A stretch of DNA of 64,000 nt from positions 1 through 64,000 of the IMG/VR virus record IMGVR_UViG_3300008117_006295. The stretch is one strand, 5' to 3'. Both the position numbers and the translations under genes were made by a program. Positions 18,160 to 27,719 of the stretch are shown here, piece after piece (position 1 is the first letter of the stretch; every line of letters starts with the position of its first letter). The stretch is from a virus. The notes under the pieces are model-generated. The model was not told the origin of the DNA, ran no database searches, and was given only the letters and a program-made list of their open reading frames with translations.

Positions 18160-18546
18160 ATGAAAGAAAAATTAGAAAAAATAGCACAAAAAGTTCTTGA
18201 TCAAGCAAACATACCAAAAGATGAAAACTATGGTAGTGTTATAGCTATTTTAATGGTCATTAGTATAATTTTAACTTGTATTAGAGTTCTACAAGAATGT
18301 AGAAAAAGTAAAGATAGTAGTTTATCTCAATCTCAACTAGGAGATTCTTATGGTCAAGAAATTAGATTACTGGGCAAAAAAAGAGGAATGTTTACTAAAT
18401 TAAGATTGCGTAAAATTATAAAAAGAAATCTTAGTCCGGATCAATATAATACATATGGTGAAAACTTATTAAATAGTATTCTATCAATAGGAGAAAATAT
18501 CACGGATGATGAAACAATAACTTTACTGGAGGCAGCAAATGTTTAA
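18160..18546 (+). CDS. Membrane-associated hypothetical protein
   Basis: VIAILMVISIILTCI hydrophobic segment. Confidence 0.6.
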   Translation: MKEKLEKIAQKVLDQANIPKDENYGSVIAILMVISIILTCIRVLQECRKSKDSSLSQSQLGDSYGQEIRLLGKKRGMFTKLRLRKIIKRNLSPDQYNTYGENLLNSILSIGENITDDETITLLEAANV

Positions 18547-18793
18547 TATTTTAGTATGGTGCGTATACGGACTATTTGTTGGAAGCATAGCCAAATCAAT
18601 AGTTCCTGGTGAAGAAAATTTTGGGTTTGTTAAAACTGTGGCTCTCGGCATAGCAGGATCTTATATGGGCGGCGCCATACTCTACCTACTCGGCTCATAT
18701 AGCGCAGTATCACCAGCAGGAATAATGATGGGAGTGGCTGGTGGAATATTAACCTTAGTTCTATATAACAAGCTCATCGAAAAAAAATCTTGA
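18539..18793 (+). CDS. GlsB/YeaQ/YmgE (transglycosylase-associated) membrane protein
   Basis: W...GLFVGSIAK.IVPG, LGIAGSYMGG; three hydrophobic helices. Confidence 0.85.
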   Translation: MFNILVWCVYGLFVGSIAKSIVPGEENFGFVKTVALGIAGSYMGGAILYLLGSYSAVSPAGIMMGVAGGILTLVLYNKLIEKKS

Positions 18794-18818
18794 CTCTCGT
18801 ACTCAGTCAACCTATAAT
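18790..18818 (+). promoter_or_regulatory. sigma70-type promoter, probably giving a leaderless mRNA
   Basis: TTGACT-17nt-TATAAT with the ATG 6 nt downstream. Confidence 0.75.
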
Positions 18819-18824
18819 AGCTCC

Positions 18825-19292
18825 ATGCGACCAACATGGAGCGATTATTTTCTAGGACTAGCTAAAGTAGCTTCTAAAAGAAGCCACGATATCCATACGC
18901 AGCATGGTTGTGTAATAACAGATCAATATAATAGAATTTTAGGAGTAGGATACAACGGTTTTCCAAAAGGACTTGATGATTCTGTTTTACCATTAACTCG
19001 TCCAGAGAAATATGACTGGATGATTCATGCTGAACGAAATGCTCTTTCTAATTGTGTTGTTCGTCCTGATAATGGAATAGCGTATGTTACTGGACAATGT
19101 TGTTGTGATTGTATAATGGCCCTATGGCAAGAAGGAATTATAAAAGTAATCATGTCTGACACTCATGGAACTCATAAATTTACAGAAGAAGATCAAAAAC
19201 GTTTTGATACTTTTGTATCACACAGTAAAATACAAATAGAAAAAATAAACCCGAATCTTTCTTGGATCAAAGGTATAGGTGGTGTATTATGA
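18825..19292 (+). CDS. dCMP deaminase
   Basis: W.DYFL.LA...S.RS, GYNGFP, HAERNA and CCDC zinc motif. Confidence 0.92.
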   Translation: MRPTWSDYFLGLAKVASKRSHDIHTQHGCVITDQYNRILGVGYNGFPKGLDDSVLPLTRPEKYDWMIHAERNALSNCVVRPDNGIAYVTGQCCCDCIMALWQEGIIKVIMSDTHGTHKFTEEDQKRFDTFVSHSKIQIEKINPNLSWIKGIGGVL

Positions 19293-19459
19293 TAAACACT
19301 ATAGTTGAACTTTGTTTTTATCTTTCTGTGATTAAATATTATTATGTTTATTTTTTTGATAACATAGAAATTAATCAACAGTATTTACAATTTCAATTTT
19401 ATAACTCTACAATACTAGGGATATTCACAATATTGAATTATAAAAGGTATCAAAAATGA
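19289..19459 (+). CDS. Small hydrophobic hypothetical protein
   Basis: ATGA overlaps at both ends. Confidence 0.5.
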   Translation: MINTIVELCFYLSVIKYYYVYFFDNIEINQQYLQFQFYNSTILGIFTILNYKRYQK

Positions 19460-20430
19460 TTTTTAATGAACAAATAACTAGAAAACCTGATCACTATCCT
19501 TGGACACAAGAATTTATAGAAGCTATGCATAATGGCTTTTGGACACATAGAGAATTTAATTTCCAAAGCGATATACAAGATTTTAAAGTAAATTTAAATG
19601 ATCAAGAACAAGAAATTATAGTTCGTGCATTATCTACTATTGGTCAATTAGAAATATCTGTTAAAAAGTTTTGGGCTAAATTAGGAGATAATCTTCCTCA
19701 TCCATCGTTGAACGATATGGGCTATGTAATGGCTAATGTTGAAGTTGTTCACGGAGATGCTTATGAGAGACTATTAGAAGTACTAGGAATTGATGATAAT
19801 TTTGAAAAAATATTACAACTAGATATTATTAATGGTCGAGTGAACTATCTAAGAAAACACTTACACAAGTTTCACTCTGATAACAAAAAACAGTTTGTAT
19901 ATTCTTTGATACTATTTACATTGTTTGTTGAAAATATAGCATTGTTTTCTCAATTTTATACTATCAGTTGGTTTGGTCGTTATAAAAATGTTTTAAAAGA
20001 CACAAACAAGCAAGTAGAATATACTTCAAGAGAAGAAAATTTACATGCTATGATTGGTATGAAAATTATTAATGTTATTCGTGAAGAATATCCAGAACTT
20101 TTTGATGAAGAACTAGAGAATAAAATACTTCATGAGTCTAAGGAAGCAGTCAAGTATGAATGTGAAATAATAGAATGGATAGTAAATGGTTATGATGATG
20201 ATCATTTAAATACTCCACTATTAAAAGAATTTATAAAGAACAGAATGAATATATCATTACAAGAAATAGGATACGATCCAATTTTTGAGGTCGATACCGT
20301 ATTGTTAAGAAAAACCTTCTGGTTTGAAGAACAGGTTCTTGGTAATAATATGTCGGACTTCTTTCACTCTAGACCTGTTGAATATCAAAAATCTGCTATG
20401 AGTTTTGCAGAAGAAGATTTATTTTCTTGA
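19456..20430 (+). CDS. nrdB: Ribonucleotide reductase beta subunit, class Id-like
   Basis: QLEISVK (E66, K70), EVVH..Y (E96, H99, Y103), VENIALF, EENLH, DFFHSRPVEY. Confidence 0.92.
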   Translation: MIFNEQITRKPDHYPWTQEFIEAMHNGFWTHREFNFQSDIQDFKVNLNDQEQEIIVRALSTIGQLEISVKKFWAKLGDNLPHPSLNDMGYVMANVEVVHGDAYERLLEVLGIDDNFEKILQLDIINGRVNYLRKHLHKFHSDNKKQFVYSLILFTLFVENIALFSQFYTISWFGRYKNVLKDTNKQVEYTSREENLHAMIGMKIINVIREEYPELFDEELENKILHESKEAVKYECEIIEWIVNGYDDDHLNTPLLKEFIKNRMNISLQEIGYDPIFEVDTVLLRKTFWFEEQVLGNNMSDFFHSRPVEYQKSAMSFAEEDLFS

Positions 20431-20450
20431 TTTATCACTAAAGGATAATT

Positions 20451-22103
20451 ATGTCTCATAAAAAATATTATTGGCTCAATTCTCATAGTCGTTTATTCTT
20501 AGAAAGAGGATATTTAGCTGATGGGCTTAGTCCAGAAGAAAGAATCAGACAAATAGCAGATAGAGCAGAAGAACTACTAGGAATCCCAGGATTTGCTGAT
20601 AAATTTGAGGACTATGTTAGTAGAGGATTTTATTCATTATCTACTCCTGTATGGAATAACTTTGGTAATCAAAGAGGACTGCCAGTTAGTTGTTTTAATA
20701 GTCATATTAGTGATACTATGCAAAGCATACTATATAAAGTTGCTGAAGTAGGAATGATGAGTAAATTGGGTGGTGGTACAAGCGGATATTTCGGTGATCT
20801 TAGACCAAGAGGATCAAAGATAAGTGTTGGTGGAGAATCTAGTGGACCTATTCACTTTATGGAATTGTTTGATAAAGTAGCAGATGTTGTTAGTCAGGGT
20901 TCTGCTCGTAGAGGATCGTTTGCAGCATATATGCCAGTTGAACATCCAGATATTGAAGAGTTTTTACAAATTAGATCCGAAGGACACAGTATTCAGAATA
21001 TGAGTATTGGCATAACAATCAGTGATTCTTGGATGAAGAGTATGGTAGATGGTGACAAAGAAAAACGAAAAATTTGGGCAAAGATTATTAAAAAACGTTT
21101 TGAAACTGGCTATCCATATTTAATGTTTGTAGACACTATTAACAATAATAGTCCAGAAGTCTATAAAGATAAAAATCTAAAGATCAATAGTTCTAATTTA
21201 TGTTCAGAGATTACACTATCTTCAGATGAAAGTAATTCTTTTGTTTGTGTACTATCATCATTAAATCTGCTTCATTGGGATGAAATAATACAAACAGATG
21301 CTATTGAAACTTTGATTTATTTTTTGGATGCAATAAATGAAGAATTTATAATCAAAACTGAAAATATTAAATTTATGGAAAGCGCATATAATTTTGCAAA
21401 AAATCAAAGAGCGCTAGGAATGGGTGTTCTTGGATGGCATTCATATTTACAAAGTAAAATGATACCGTTTGAATCTCTAAAAGCTAAAACATTAAATAAT
21501 ACTATATGGAAACAAATTAGAGAAAAATCCGATAAAGCAAGTATAGAGCTAGCTAATAAATTTGGAGAACCACCTTTATTAAAAGGATATGGTAGACGCA
21601 ATGTTACTACACTAGCTATTGCCCCAACAACATCTAGTTCATTTATTCTTGGGCAAGTTAGTCCAAGCATAGAACCATTGAATAGCAATTATTTTGTTAA
21701 AAATTTAGCAAAAGGTAAATTCACATATAAAAATCCATATCTCAAAGAACTTCTAAAAGGCTATGATAAAAATGATGATGAGACATGGAAGAGCATTTTA
21801 ATAAGAGGAGGATCTGTTCAACATCTATCATTCTTATCCAAAGAAGAAAAAGATGTATTCAAAACATTTGGTGAAATTTCTCAAAAAGAAATTGTGATTC
21901 AAGCATCTCAAAGACAAAAATATATAGATCAATCACAATCGTTAAACCTAATGGTTGGTACAGACGTTTCTCCAAAAGAAGTTAGCACTCTACTAATAGA
22001 GGGCTGGGAAATGGGAATCAAAACATTTTACTATCAAAGATCAGGTAATCCTGCTCAGGAATTAGCTCGTAATATTTTAACTTGTTCATCATGTGAGGCT
22101 TAA
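20451..22103 (+). CDS. nrdA: Ribonucleotide reductase alpha subunit, short form without an ATP cone
   Basis: LPVSCF, GGGTS, RRGS, SNLCSEI, AIAPTTSSS, KTFYYQR and C-terminal CSSC. Confidence 0.95.
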   Translation: MSHKKYYWLNSHSRLFLERGYLADGLSPEERIRQIADRAEELLGIPGFADKFEDYVSRGFYSLSTPVWNNFGNQRGLPVSCFNSHISDTMQSILYKVAEVGMMSKLGGGTSGYFGDLRPRGSKISVGGESSGPIHFMELFDKVADVVSQGSARRGSFAAYMPVEHPDIEEFLQIRSEGHSIQNMSIGITISDSWMKSMVDGDKEKRKIWAKIIKKRFETGYPYLMFVDTINNNSPEVYKDKNLKINSSNLCSEITLSSDESNSFVCVLSSLNLLHWDEIIQTDAIETLIYFLDAINEEFIIKTENIKFMESAYNFAKNQRALGMGVLGWHSYLQSKMIPFESLKAKTLNNTIWKQIREKSDKASIELANKFGEPPLLKGYGRRNVTTLAIAPTTSSSFILGQVSPSIEPLNSNYFVKNLAKGKFTYKNPYLKELLKGYDKNDDETWKSILIRGGSVQHLSFLSKEEKDVFKTFGEISQKEIVIQASQRQKYIDQSQSLNLMVGTDVSPKEVSTLLIEGWEMGIKTFYYQRSGNPAQELARNILTCSSCEA

Positions 22104-22105
22104 TA

Positions 22106-22531
22106 ATGATTAGAGTAATGAAAATAAATGATAATGCAACAATACCGACCAGAGCAAATATGTATGATGCTGGTGCAGACTTACACTCTGTTGAAAATAT
22201 AACAATACCACCATTATCAAGAGCGATAGTTAGTACTGGTATTATTGTAGAGTTTCCATCATATAATGTATATGGAAGAATTGCACCAAGATCTGGCTTA
22301 GCTGTAAAACATGGTATTGATGTTTTAGCAGGAGTAGTTGATAATGGATATAGAGGAGAAATAAAAGTAGTACTATTTAATACTGATAAAGATAATTCAT
22401 TCGAGGTTAAAATAGGTGACAGGATTGCTCAATTAATAGTTGAAAATTTTTATATTGGTCCAGTAATGGAAGGTGAAATTGATTTAAATACAGAAAGATC
22501 CAATAACGGGTTTGGATCAAGTGGGACATAG
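22106..22531 (+). CDS. dut: dUTPase (trimeric type)
   Basis: AGADL, PRSGLA, GVVDNGYRGE, GDRIAQL, R..NGFGSSG. Confidence 0.96.
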   Translation: MIRVMKINDNATIPTRANMYDAGADLHSVENITIPPLSRAIVSTGIIVEFPSYNVYGRIAPRSGLAVKHGIDVLAGVVDNGYRGEIKVVLFNTDKDNSFEVKIGDRIAQLIVENFYIGPVMEGEIDLNTERSNNGFGSSGT

Positions 22532-22558
22532 ATATAACATATATATAAAATAGCTTTT

Positions 22559-22571
22559 AGTGTATATATTA
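22559..22571 (+). promoter_or_regulatory. RGTGTA intergenic motif (candidate phage promoter)
   Basis: AGTGTATATATTA upstream of phoH. Confidence 0.5.
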
Positions 22572-22612
22572 AGTATTGTAGTACTTAACAGTATATATTA
22601 AAGGAATCAAAC

Positions 22613-23347
22613 TTGAAAAAAAATACCAGAAGTAAGAGTGGTAAAAAGAAAAAAGTAATAGATGCTACTAATAATATTCAAGTTCCAGCGATTAATAGAA
22701 ATAGTCTTAAGCCAAGAACTCCAAATCAGATTGAATATATAAGAACAATATCTGAGAATGTTATTACGTTCTGTCATGGTGTTGCTGGTTCTGGAAAGAC
22801 TCATATCGCAATAGGTATGGCTCTAGAATATTTATTAGCCAATAAAATTAAAAAAATTATAATTACTAGACCAGTTGTTGAAAGTGGAGAAAAAATTGGA
22901 TATTTACCAGGAACAGCAGAAGAAAAATTACATCCTTATCTTCTGCCTATTCTTGATGAAATTAAATACTTCATATCTGTTGCAGAGTACTCAAGTTTAA
23001 AAACGAACGACAGAATCGAAGTGGTGCCTCTTGGATTGATGAGAGGACGTAACTTTCATAATAGTTTTATAGTTGCGGACGAATGCCAAAATGCATCATA
23101 CGATCAATTAAAAATGCTATTGACAAGAATTGGAAATGGAAGTAAAATGATATTGACCGGTGACCATACTCAAAGTGATCTTAGTCGTAATTTACGCGGA
23201 GGATTCTTCGATATAATCAACGCTCTTACGGGTACTGATGGAATCGGTTTTTCACAGTTAGAACACAAGGATATAGTTCGTAATCCTATTATACCAAAAA
23301 TACTTGTTCGTTTAGAAAATTTTGAAAATGAAAGCAGAAAACAGTAG
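22613..23347 (+). CDS. phoH: PhoH family ATPase
   Basis: GVAGSGKT, ITRPVVE, IGYLPG, MRGR.F, DECQN, LTRIG, GD..QSD; TTG start with AAGGA RBS. Confidence 0.95.
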   Translation: MKKNTRSKSGKKKKVIDATNNIQVPAINRNSLKPRTPNQIEYIRTISENVITFCHGVAGSGKTHIAIGMALEYLLANKIKKIIITRPVVESGEKIGYLPGTAEEKLHPYLLPILDEIKYFISVAEYSSLKTNDRIEVVPLGLMRGRNFHNSFIVADECQNASYDQLKMLLTRIGNGSKMILTGDHTQSDLSRNLRGGFFDIINALTGTDGIGFSQLEHKDIVRNPIIPKILVRLENFENESRKQ

Positions 23348-23912
23348 ATGCTTATTATTAAATGGTGATTATTCTCCATTAGCCATTATAAGTTGGAAAC
23401 GAGCACTTATACTATCTATTAAATATGAGGAGAATAATATAAGAGGTGTTGAAATAATAGATTTTTATAAATCAGATTTTATTCAATGCTCTAATGATAA
23501 ACGGATGCCTATACCAGCGGTTGCTAAGACTAAAAAGTTTTTTAGACTACAAGATCAACAAGCTACATTTTCTAGAAAAAATATATTTATAAGAGATAAT
23601 TATACTTGCCAATATTGTGGAAATAAATTTGATACTAATTCGTTAACATATGATCATGTTATACCGAAATCTGTACTTAAAAATTCTGGATCTCCACCAA
23701 CTTGTTGGACAAATATAGTAACGGCTTGTGTATCATGTAATAGAAAAAAAGGCAATAGAACACCTAAACAAGCTAATATGCCATTAAGAACTATACCTAT
23801 TAGACCAAAACAAAATGGTAGGAGCTTGTCAATCACGCATCAGCTGTCTAAAATAAGAACAGCCGTGCCAAGTGAATGGCTGTTATATATCCCAGAATCA
23901 TATTTATTATAA
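23328..23912 (+). CDS. HNH endonuclease
   Basis: LLLN.DY.PL, RDNYTCQYCG, DHVIP, NIVTAC..CNRKK. Confidence 0.9.
   Translation: MKAENSRCLLLNGDYSPLAIISWKRALILSIKYEENNIRGVEIIDFYKSDFIQCSNDKRMPIPAVAKTKKFFRLQDQQATFSRKNIFIRDNYTCQYCGNKFDTNSLTYDHVIPKSVLKNSGSPPTCWTNIVTACVSCNRKKGNRTPKQANMPLRTIPIRPKQNGRSLSITHQLSKIRTAVPSEWLLYIPESYLL
23826..23854 (+). promoter_or_regulatory. Candidate sigma70 promoter inside the 3' end of the HNH gene
   Basis: TTGTCA-17nt-TAAAAT. Confidence 0.5.
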
Positions 23913-24265
23913 TGCCTCTATACTCCTATATCTGTAATAACTGTAGCAGCTTATTTGAAATGGTTTATTCTTATTCAGAATATGATGAATCTAAAAATAG
24001 CACAAAATGTCCATCTTGTGGTTCTAAAAAAGTTGAACGAAATGTTGATGATATGAAAACATTAAGCTCTTCTGTAAAAAAATCTGACGGCGAACTTAAA
24101 ACTATTGGTGATCTTGCTCGTAGAAATACAGATAGAATGAGCGAAGATCAAAAAGAAGTATTGAATCAAAAACATAATGCATATAAAGAAGAAGTAATAG
24201 ATAAACCATTACCAAAAGGTATGTCTAGAATGAAAAAAACTAAGGGTAAAACAAAATGGTACTAA
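23912..24265 (+). CDS. FmdB-family zinc-ribbon protein
   Basis: MPLYSYICNNC...FE...CPSCGS; TAATG overlap. Confidence 0.8.
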   Translation: MPLYSYICNNCSSLFEMVYSYSEYDESKNSTKCPSCGSKKVERNVDDMKTLSSSVKKSDGELKTIGDLARRNTDRMSEDQKEVLNQKHNAYKEEVIDKPLPKGMSRMKKTKGKTKWY

Positions 24266-24276
24266 AAGAAGATAAT

Positions 24277-24657
24277 ATGGAAAATTATATTTATCAAAAT
24301 AATACTGATAATAATAATATTGAAAGTGAATATTATACTTTAATAGGTCTTGAAGACTACATGGATTCAAATAATAGACCAAGGCTTAAAGATGAACAAG
24401 ATGATAATATTTTTGCTAAAAAAATTGTTAGAGACAATTCATCAGTAAGATATAGTGTCAGATTATCAAAAGATGGTAAAATTTTTAATCCAGTATCTAT
24501 TTATGGTAAAGAAAATAATTCTACATTTTTAGATAGAATTTGTAGAGCATCAGGGAAATTTAAAGATGTAAACTATAAAGCTTTTGATATGTATATTAAT
24601 TTCTTAAAAACAAAAAATTCCGCATGGCTACATAACGCCGAAAGAGAGGCTGAATAA
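24277..24657 (+). CDS. Hypothetical protein
   Basis: Packed ORF; start uncertain (24256 or 24277). Confidence 0.6.
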   Translation: MENYIYQNNTDNNNIESEYYTLIGLEDYMDSNNRPRLKDEQDDNIFAKKIVRDNSSVRYSVRLSKDGKIFNPVSIYGKENNSTFLDRICRASGKFKDVNYKAFDMYINFLKTKNSAWLHNAEREAE

Positions 24658-25013
24658 TGGCAAAAATTACAAAGATTCAAAACTATGCTATATTATGGTT
24701 GAACTATCAAGGAATAGAATCAATTAAAATAGCAGATGAACTCAAATTAACAGAAAAACAAGTCCTCTCTGTTTTAGAAAAAGGCATAGATTCTAAAGTA
24801 TCAAAAGATTCAACTATTAAAACCGTTAAGTCATCAGTGAATAAAAGCAGATCAAAAGATTTGATGATAACGCAAACATCTGCAAAAGGAACAAAAAACG
24901 TAGCTATAATGACACAAGAGGCCAGTCAACTAAATGATGATTTAAAAAAAATTAATACTAGCACTTCATCTTCAAGAGCCAAAAATAATATAATCTATCG
25001 CCCAAATGGCTAA
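24657..25013 (+). CDS. Hypothetical protein with a possible N-terminal HTH
   Basis: IKIADELKLTEKQV HTH-like segment. Confidence 0.55.
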   Translation: MAKITKIQNYAILWLNYQGIESIKIADELKLTEKQVLSVLEKGIDSKVSKDSTIKTVKSSVNKSRSKDLMITQTSAKGTKNVAIMTQEASQLNDDLKKINTSTSSSRAKNNIIYRPNG

Positions 25014-25440
25014 TAAAAAATATCCATCGAAATATTCGAATGGTAAACTAGTATCTGCTGCTCAATATATCACAGAGATAATATGTGAAAATAGAGCTAA
25101 GATGCTTAAAAAAGATTTACATTATCGTTTTTGGGTAAGTAAAGAATGGGCTTCTTACTATCGTAATCAAATAGGAACCGCTAATAAACTCTTAGAAAAA
25201 TATAGTGATACCGCTATAATAAAAGCATTGAATAATTCAAAGGCTTCAAAAATTTATTCTTTGCGAGCACCACACTTGTTGCCTATCATAGAACACGAAG
25301 AAGAAATAGTACAATCCCAAAATAAAATATTCACAAAAGAAATTGAAAGATTAGAAAATCCAAAATTTCAATCTGTGAATATAGGTATCAAAAAAAATAA
25401 TATATTGTCAAAATTAAAGGATATAGATAATGAGTCTTAA
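25006..25440 (+). CDS. Hypothetical protein
   Basis: Packed ORF upstream of recA. Confidence 0.6.
   Translation: MANKKYPSKYSNGKLVSAAQYITEIICENRAKMLKKDLHYRFWVSKEWASYYRNQIGTANKLLEKYSDTAIIKALNNSKASKIYSLRAPHLLPIIEHEEEIVQSQNKIFTKEIERLENPKFQSVNIGIKKNNILSKLKDIDNES
25261..25289 (+). promoter_or_regulatory. Candidate sigma70 promoter upstream of recA, inside the preceding gene
   Basis: TTGCGA-17nt-TATCAT. Confidence 0.4.
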
Positions 25441-26443
25441 AGACGATGTTGTGAAAAATTTCGGTGATGATATTATCCTAAGTGGTAATGCTATAGTTGA
25501 TAAAAAAAATGTGATAATACCAATTAGTCCATCATTAGACATAGTACTAAATGGAGGAATACCAGAAGGTAGCTTCGTAGTATTAACAGGACAACCAAAG
25601 TGCGGTAAAACAACAACCTCATTGGATTTTGCCGCTACTGCACAAAAACCAGAATATAAAGGAGCATTAAAAGATACACGAGAAGTGTACTACCTTAACA
25701 TTGAAGGTCGATTAAAGAAACGCGATCTTGAAGGAATACCAGGATTAAATCTTGACAAATTCCATGTAATTGGTAGTCAGCAAGGCAAAATTCTTCATGC
25801 TGAGGAATATCTACAAATTGGTGAAAAAATTATTAATGAAATCCCAGGAAGTGTTGTTATCATAGACTCATATTCTGCATTATGCACAGAAGCAGAAATA
25901 ACGAGTGAAATGGATAAGATGCAAAGAGCAGATGGGGCTAAATTATTAGCAAAATTTTGTCGCAAGGTCGCTAATGTTATTCCTGTTAATAAAAATATAG
26001 TAATTGGTATTACCCATCTTATGGGTAATCCTACCGGCTATGGTGCAGAATTCAAGGAGAAAAGTGGTCAGGCTATCGCTTATCAAACTGATATTAAACT
26101 AAGAGCTAAAACATTTAAACCTTGGACATTAAGTGCAGATAGTACTCAGATAGGACAAGAGATAGAATGGCAAGTAGTATGCTCTGCTTTAGGTCCACCA
26201 GGAGGTAATATCACAAGCTATATTAGATATGGCCAAGGGGTTGACAAATATATGGAAGCGATTACACTTGCTTCTGATATGGGTATCATACATAAAGGTG
26301 GTGCATGGTATACTTTGACTAGTTTGTCAGATAAACCAAAATTTCAAGGTGCTGAAAAAGTAAGACAGTATTTGTTAGAAAATGAACAAGCCTATAAAGA
26401 TTTAGTATCAAGTATTAAAACAACAATGGGTCTTAAATGCTAG
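25430..26443 (+). CDS. recA: RecA/UvsX-like recombinase
   Basis: SLDIVLNGGIPEG, GQPKCGKTT (Walker A), IIDS (Walker B), KGGAWY. Confidence 0.9.
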   Translation: MSLKDDVVKNFGDDIILSGNAIVDKKNVIIPISPSLDIVLNGGIPEGSFVVLTGQPKCGKTTTSLDFAATAQKPEYKGALKDTREVYYLNIEGRLKKRDLEGIPGLNLDKFHVIGSQQGKILHAEEYLQIGEKIINEIPGSVVIIDSYSALCTEAEITSEMDKMQRADGAKLLAKFCRKVANVIPVNKNIVIGITHLMGNPTGYGAEFKEKSGQAIAYQTDIKLRAKTFKPWTLSADSTQIGQEIEWQVVCSALGPPGGNITSYIRYGQGVDKYMEAITLASDMGIIHKGGAWYTLTSLSDKPKFQGAEKVRQYLLENEQAYKDLVSSIKTTMGLKC

Positions 26444-26841
26444 TAAAAGATTTGGATGGTAATAATCATAATTGGTTATTAACTGGTAATATGGCTAAGG
26501 GTAAAGTATCCAATAAGTCTTCTTATCATCTTTCCGCTAGAAATATTATTAATATTATATATCCAACATTACAAATTTTAGAAGAAGTACCAATACAGTT
26601 AAGAAAAAATGAAACCTTATATTTAGATTTTTATTTACCCTTAAAAAAAGTATGTATAGAAGTTCATGGCGAACAGCACTATAAGTTTATTGCATTTTAT
26701 CACAATACTATATTAAATTTTTTGAAAGCACAAAAAAGAGATAAAGAAAAACAAGAATGGTGTGAAATCAATAGTATAAAGCATATTATTTTACCATATG
26801 ATAAAGAAACAGAATGGAGAGATATCATTGTCAACCACTAA
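26437..26841 (+). CDS. PD-(D/E)xK (Vsr/DUF559-like) endonuclease
   Basis: LDFYLP...IEVHGEQHY...RD.EK..WC. Confidence 0.75.
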   Translation: MLVKDLDGNNHNWLLTGNMAKGKVSNKSSYHLSARNIINIIYPTLQILEEVPIQLRKNETLYLDFYLPLKKVCIEVHGEQHYKFIAFYHNTILNFLKAQKRDKEKQEWCEINSIKHIILPYDKETEWRDIIVNH

Positions 26842-27316
26842 AGAACAAGTAGAGCATTGGGATAAAATTCTTGATGAATATGAAACATCTGTTGGTCTTG
26901 GTAAATATAGCGATATTCATAATTTTACTGAAGATGAACTTAATCAATATTTTACAATGAATCGTGATGTAATAGAGAAATTAACCCCAGAAGATTGTGC
27001 TCAAATATCTTATAGATTAGCACAGTATGCCTTTTTTATGCAAAGAACACTTAATAGAGAAATAGCTAGACATAACTGGGCTGAAGAAACAATAAAAGAA
27101 ACTATTGCTGATGAAATTAATAATTACAAAGGATATGGATTTGTTGAAAAATCTTTACAAGCAATTAAACATAATGAAAAAGCATTTGCTCTCAATAAAA
27201 TTAAAAAATATGCTCAACAAAGAATGGATAGATTGAGCTATCTTGCAAATAGTATTAAAAATTTATCAGATATTCTTCTTTCTGTACAAAGAACAAAGGT
27301 GAAACATGGATCTTAA
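26798..27316 (+). CDS. Helical hypothetical protein (possible recombination mediator)
   Basis: All-helical pattern and position near recA; start uncertain. Confidence 0.5.
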   Translation: MIKKQNGEISLSTTKEQVEHWDKILDEYETSVGLGKYSDIHNFTEDELNQYFTMNRDVIEKLTPEDCAQISYRLAQYAFFMQRTLNREIARHNWAEETIKETIADEINNYKGYGFVEKSLQAIKHNEKAFALNKIKKYAQQRMDRLSYLANSIKNLSDILLSVQRTKVKHGS

Positions 27317-27707
27317 TAAATTATTCAGTGATTCTAATCCAAACGAAATCAAAAAATTGATCAGTTTATTGCAATCTATGGTTGACAATAGTTCATCAGA
27401 TGGAGATAATGAATCTGAGGACAATGAAGATGAACAGATAATCAAAACCCGTTCACAAAAAACAAATACTAAACGATCAAAAAAACAAAACAATAAATTC
27501 TTATCTATGCAAGAAATGAATATGCATAAAGAAGATATTGAATTTCAAAAAAGGGTTTCTAAACATCCTCCAGTACCAAGGAATAGAGGATTTGAACCAT
27601 TAAGAGTAAAATGTAGAGTTTGTGGAAAAACAGAAGAAGTTAATGGAGCATTAGTTGATTCTGTTGAAAGATATAAATGTAATAATTGTGCATCATCCGC
27701 TGGTTAA
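27306..27707 (+). CDS. Hypothetical protein with a C-terminal zinc finger
   Basis: CRVCG...CNNC. Confidence 0.6.
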   Translation: MDLNKLFSDSNPNEIKKLISLLQSMVDNSSSDGDNESEDNEDEQIIKTRSQKTNTKRSKKQNNKFLSMQEMNMHKEDIEFQKRVSKHPPVPRNRGFEPLRVKCRVCGKTEEVNGALVDSVERYKCNNCASSAG

Positions 27708-27719
27708 TCAAGGAATAAA

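Noticed and set aside
19281-19290. GGTGTA as another copy of the promoter motif
   Set aside because: It lies in coding sequence only 2 nt before the next ATG, so it is more likely coincidental or RBS-related
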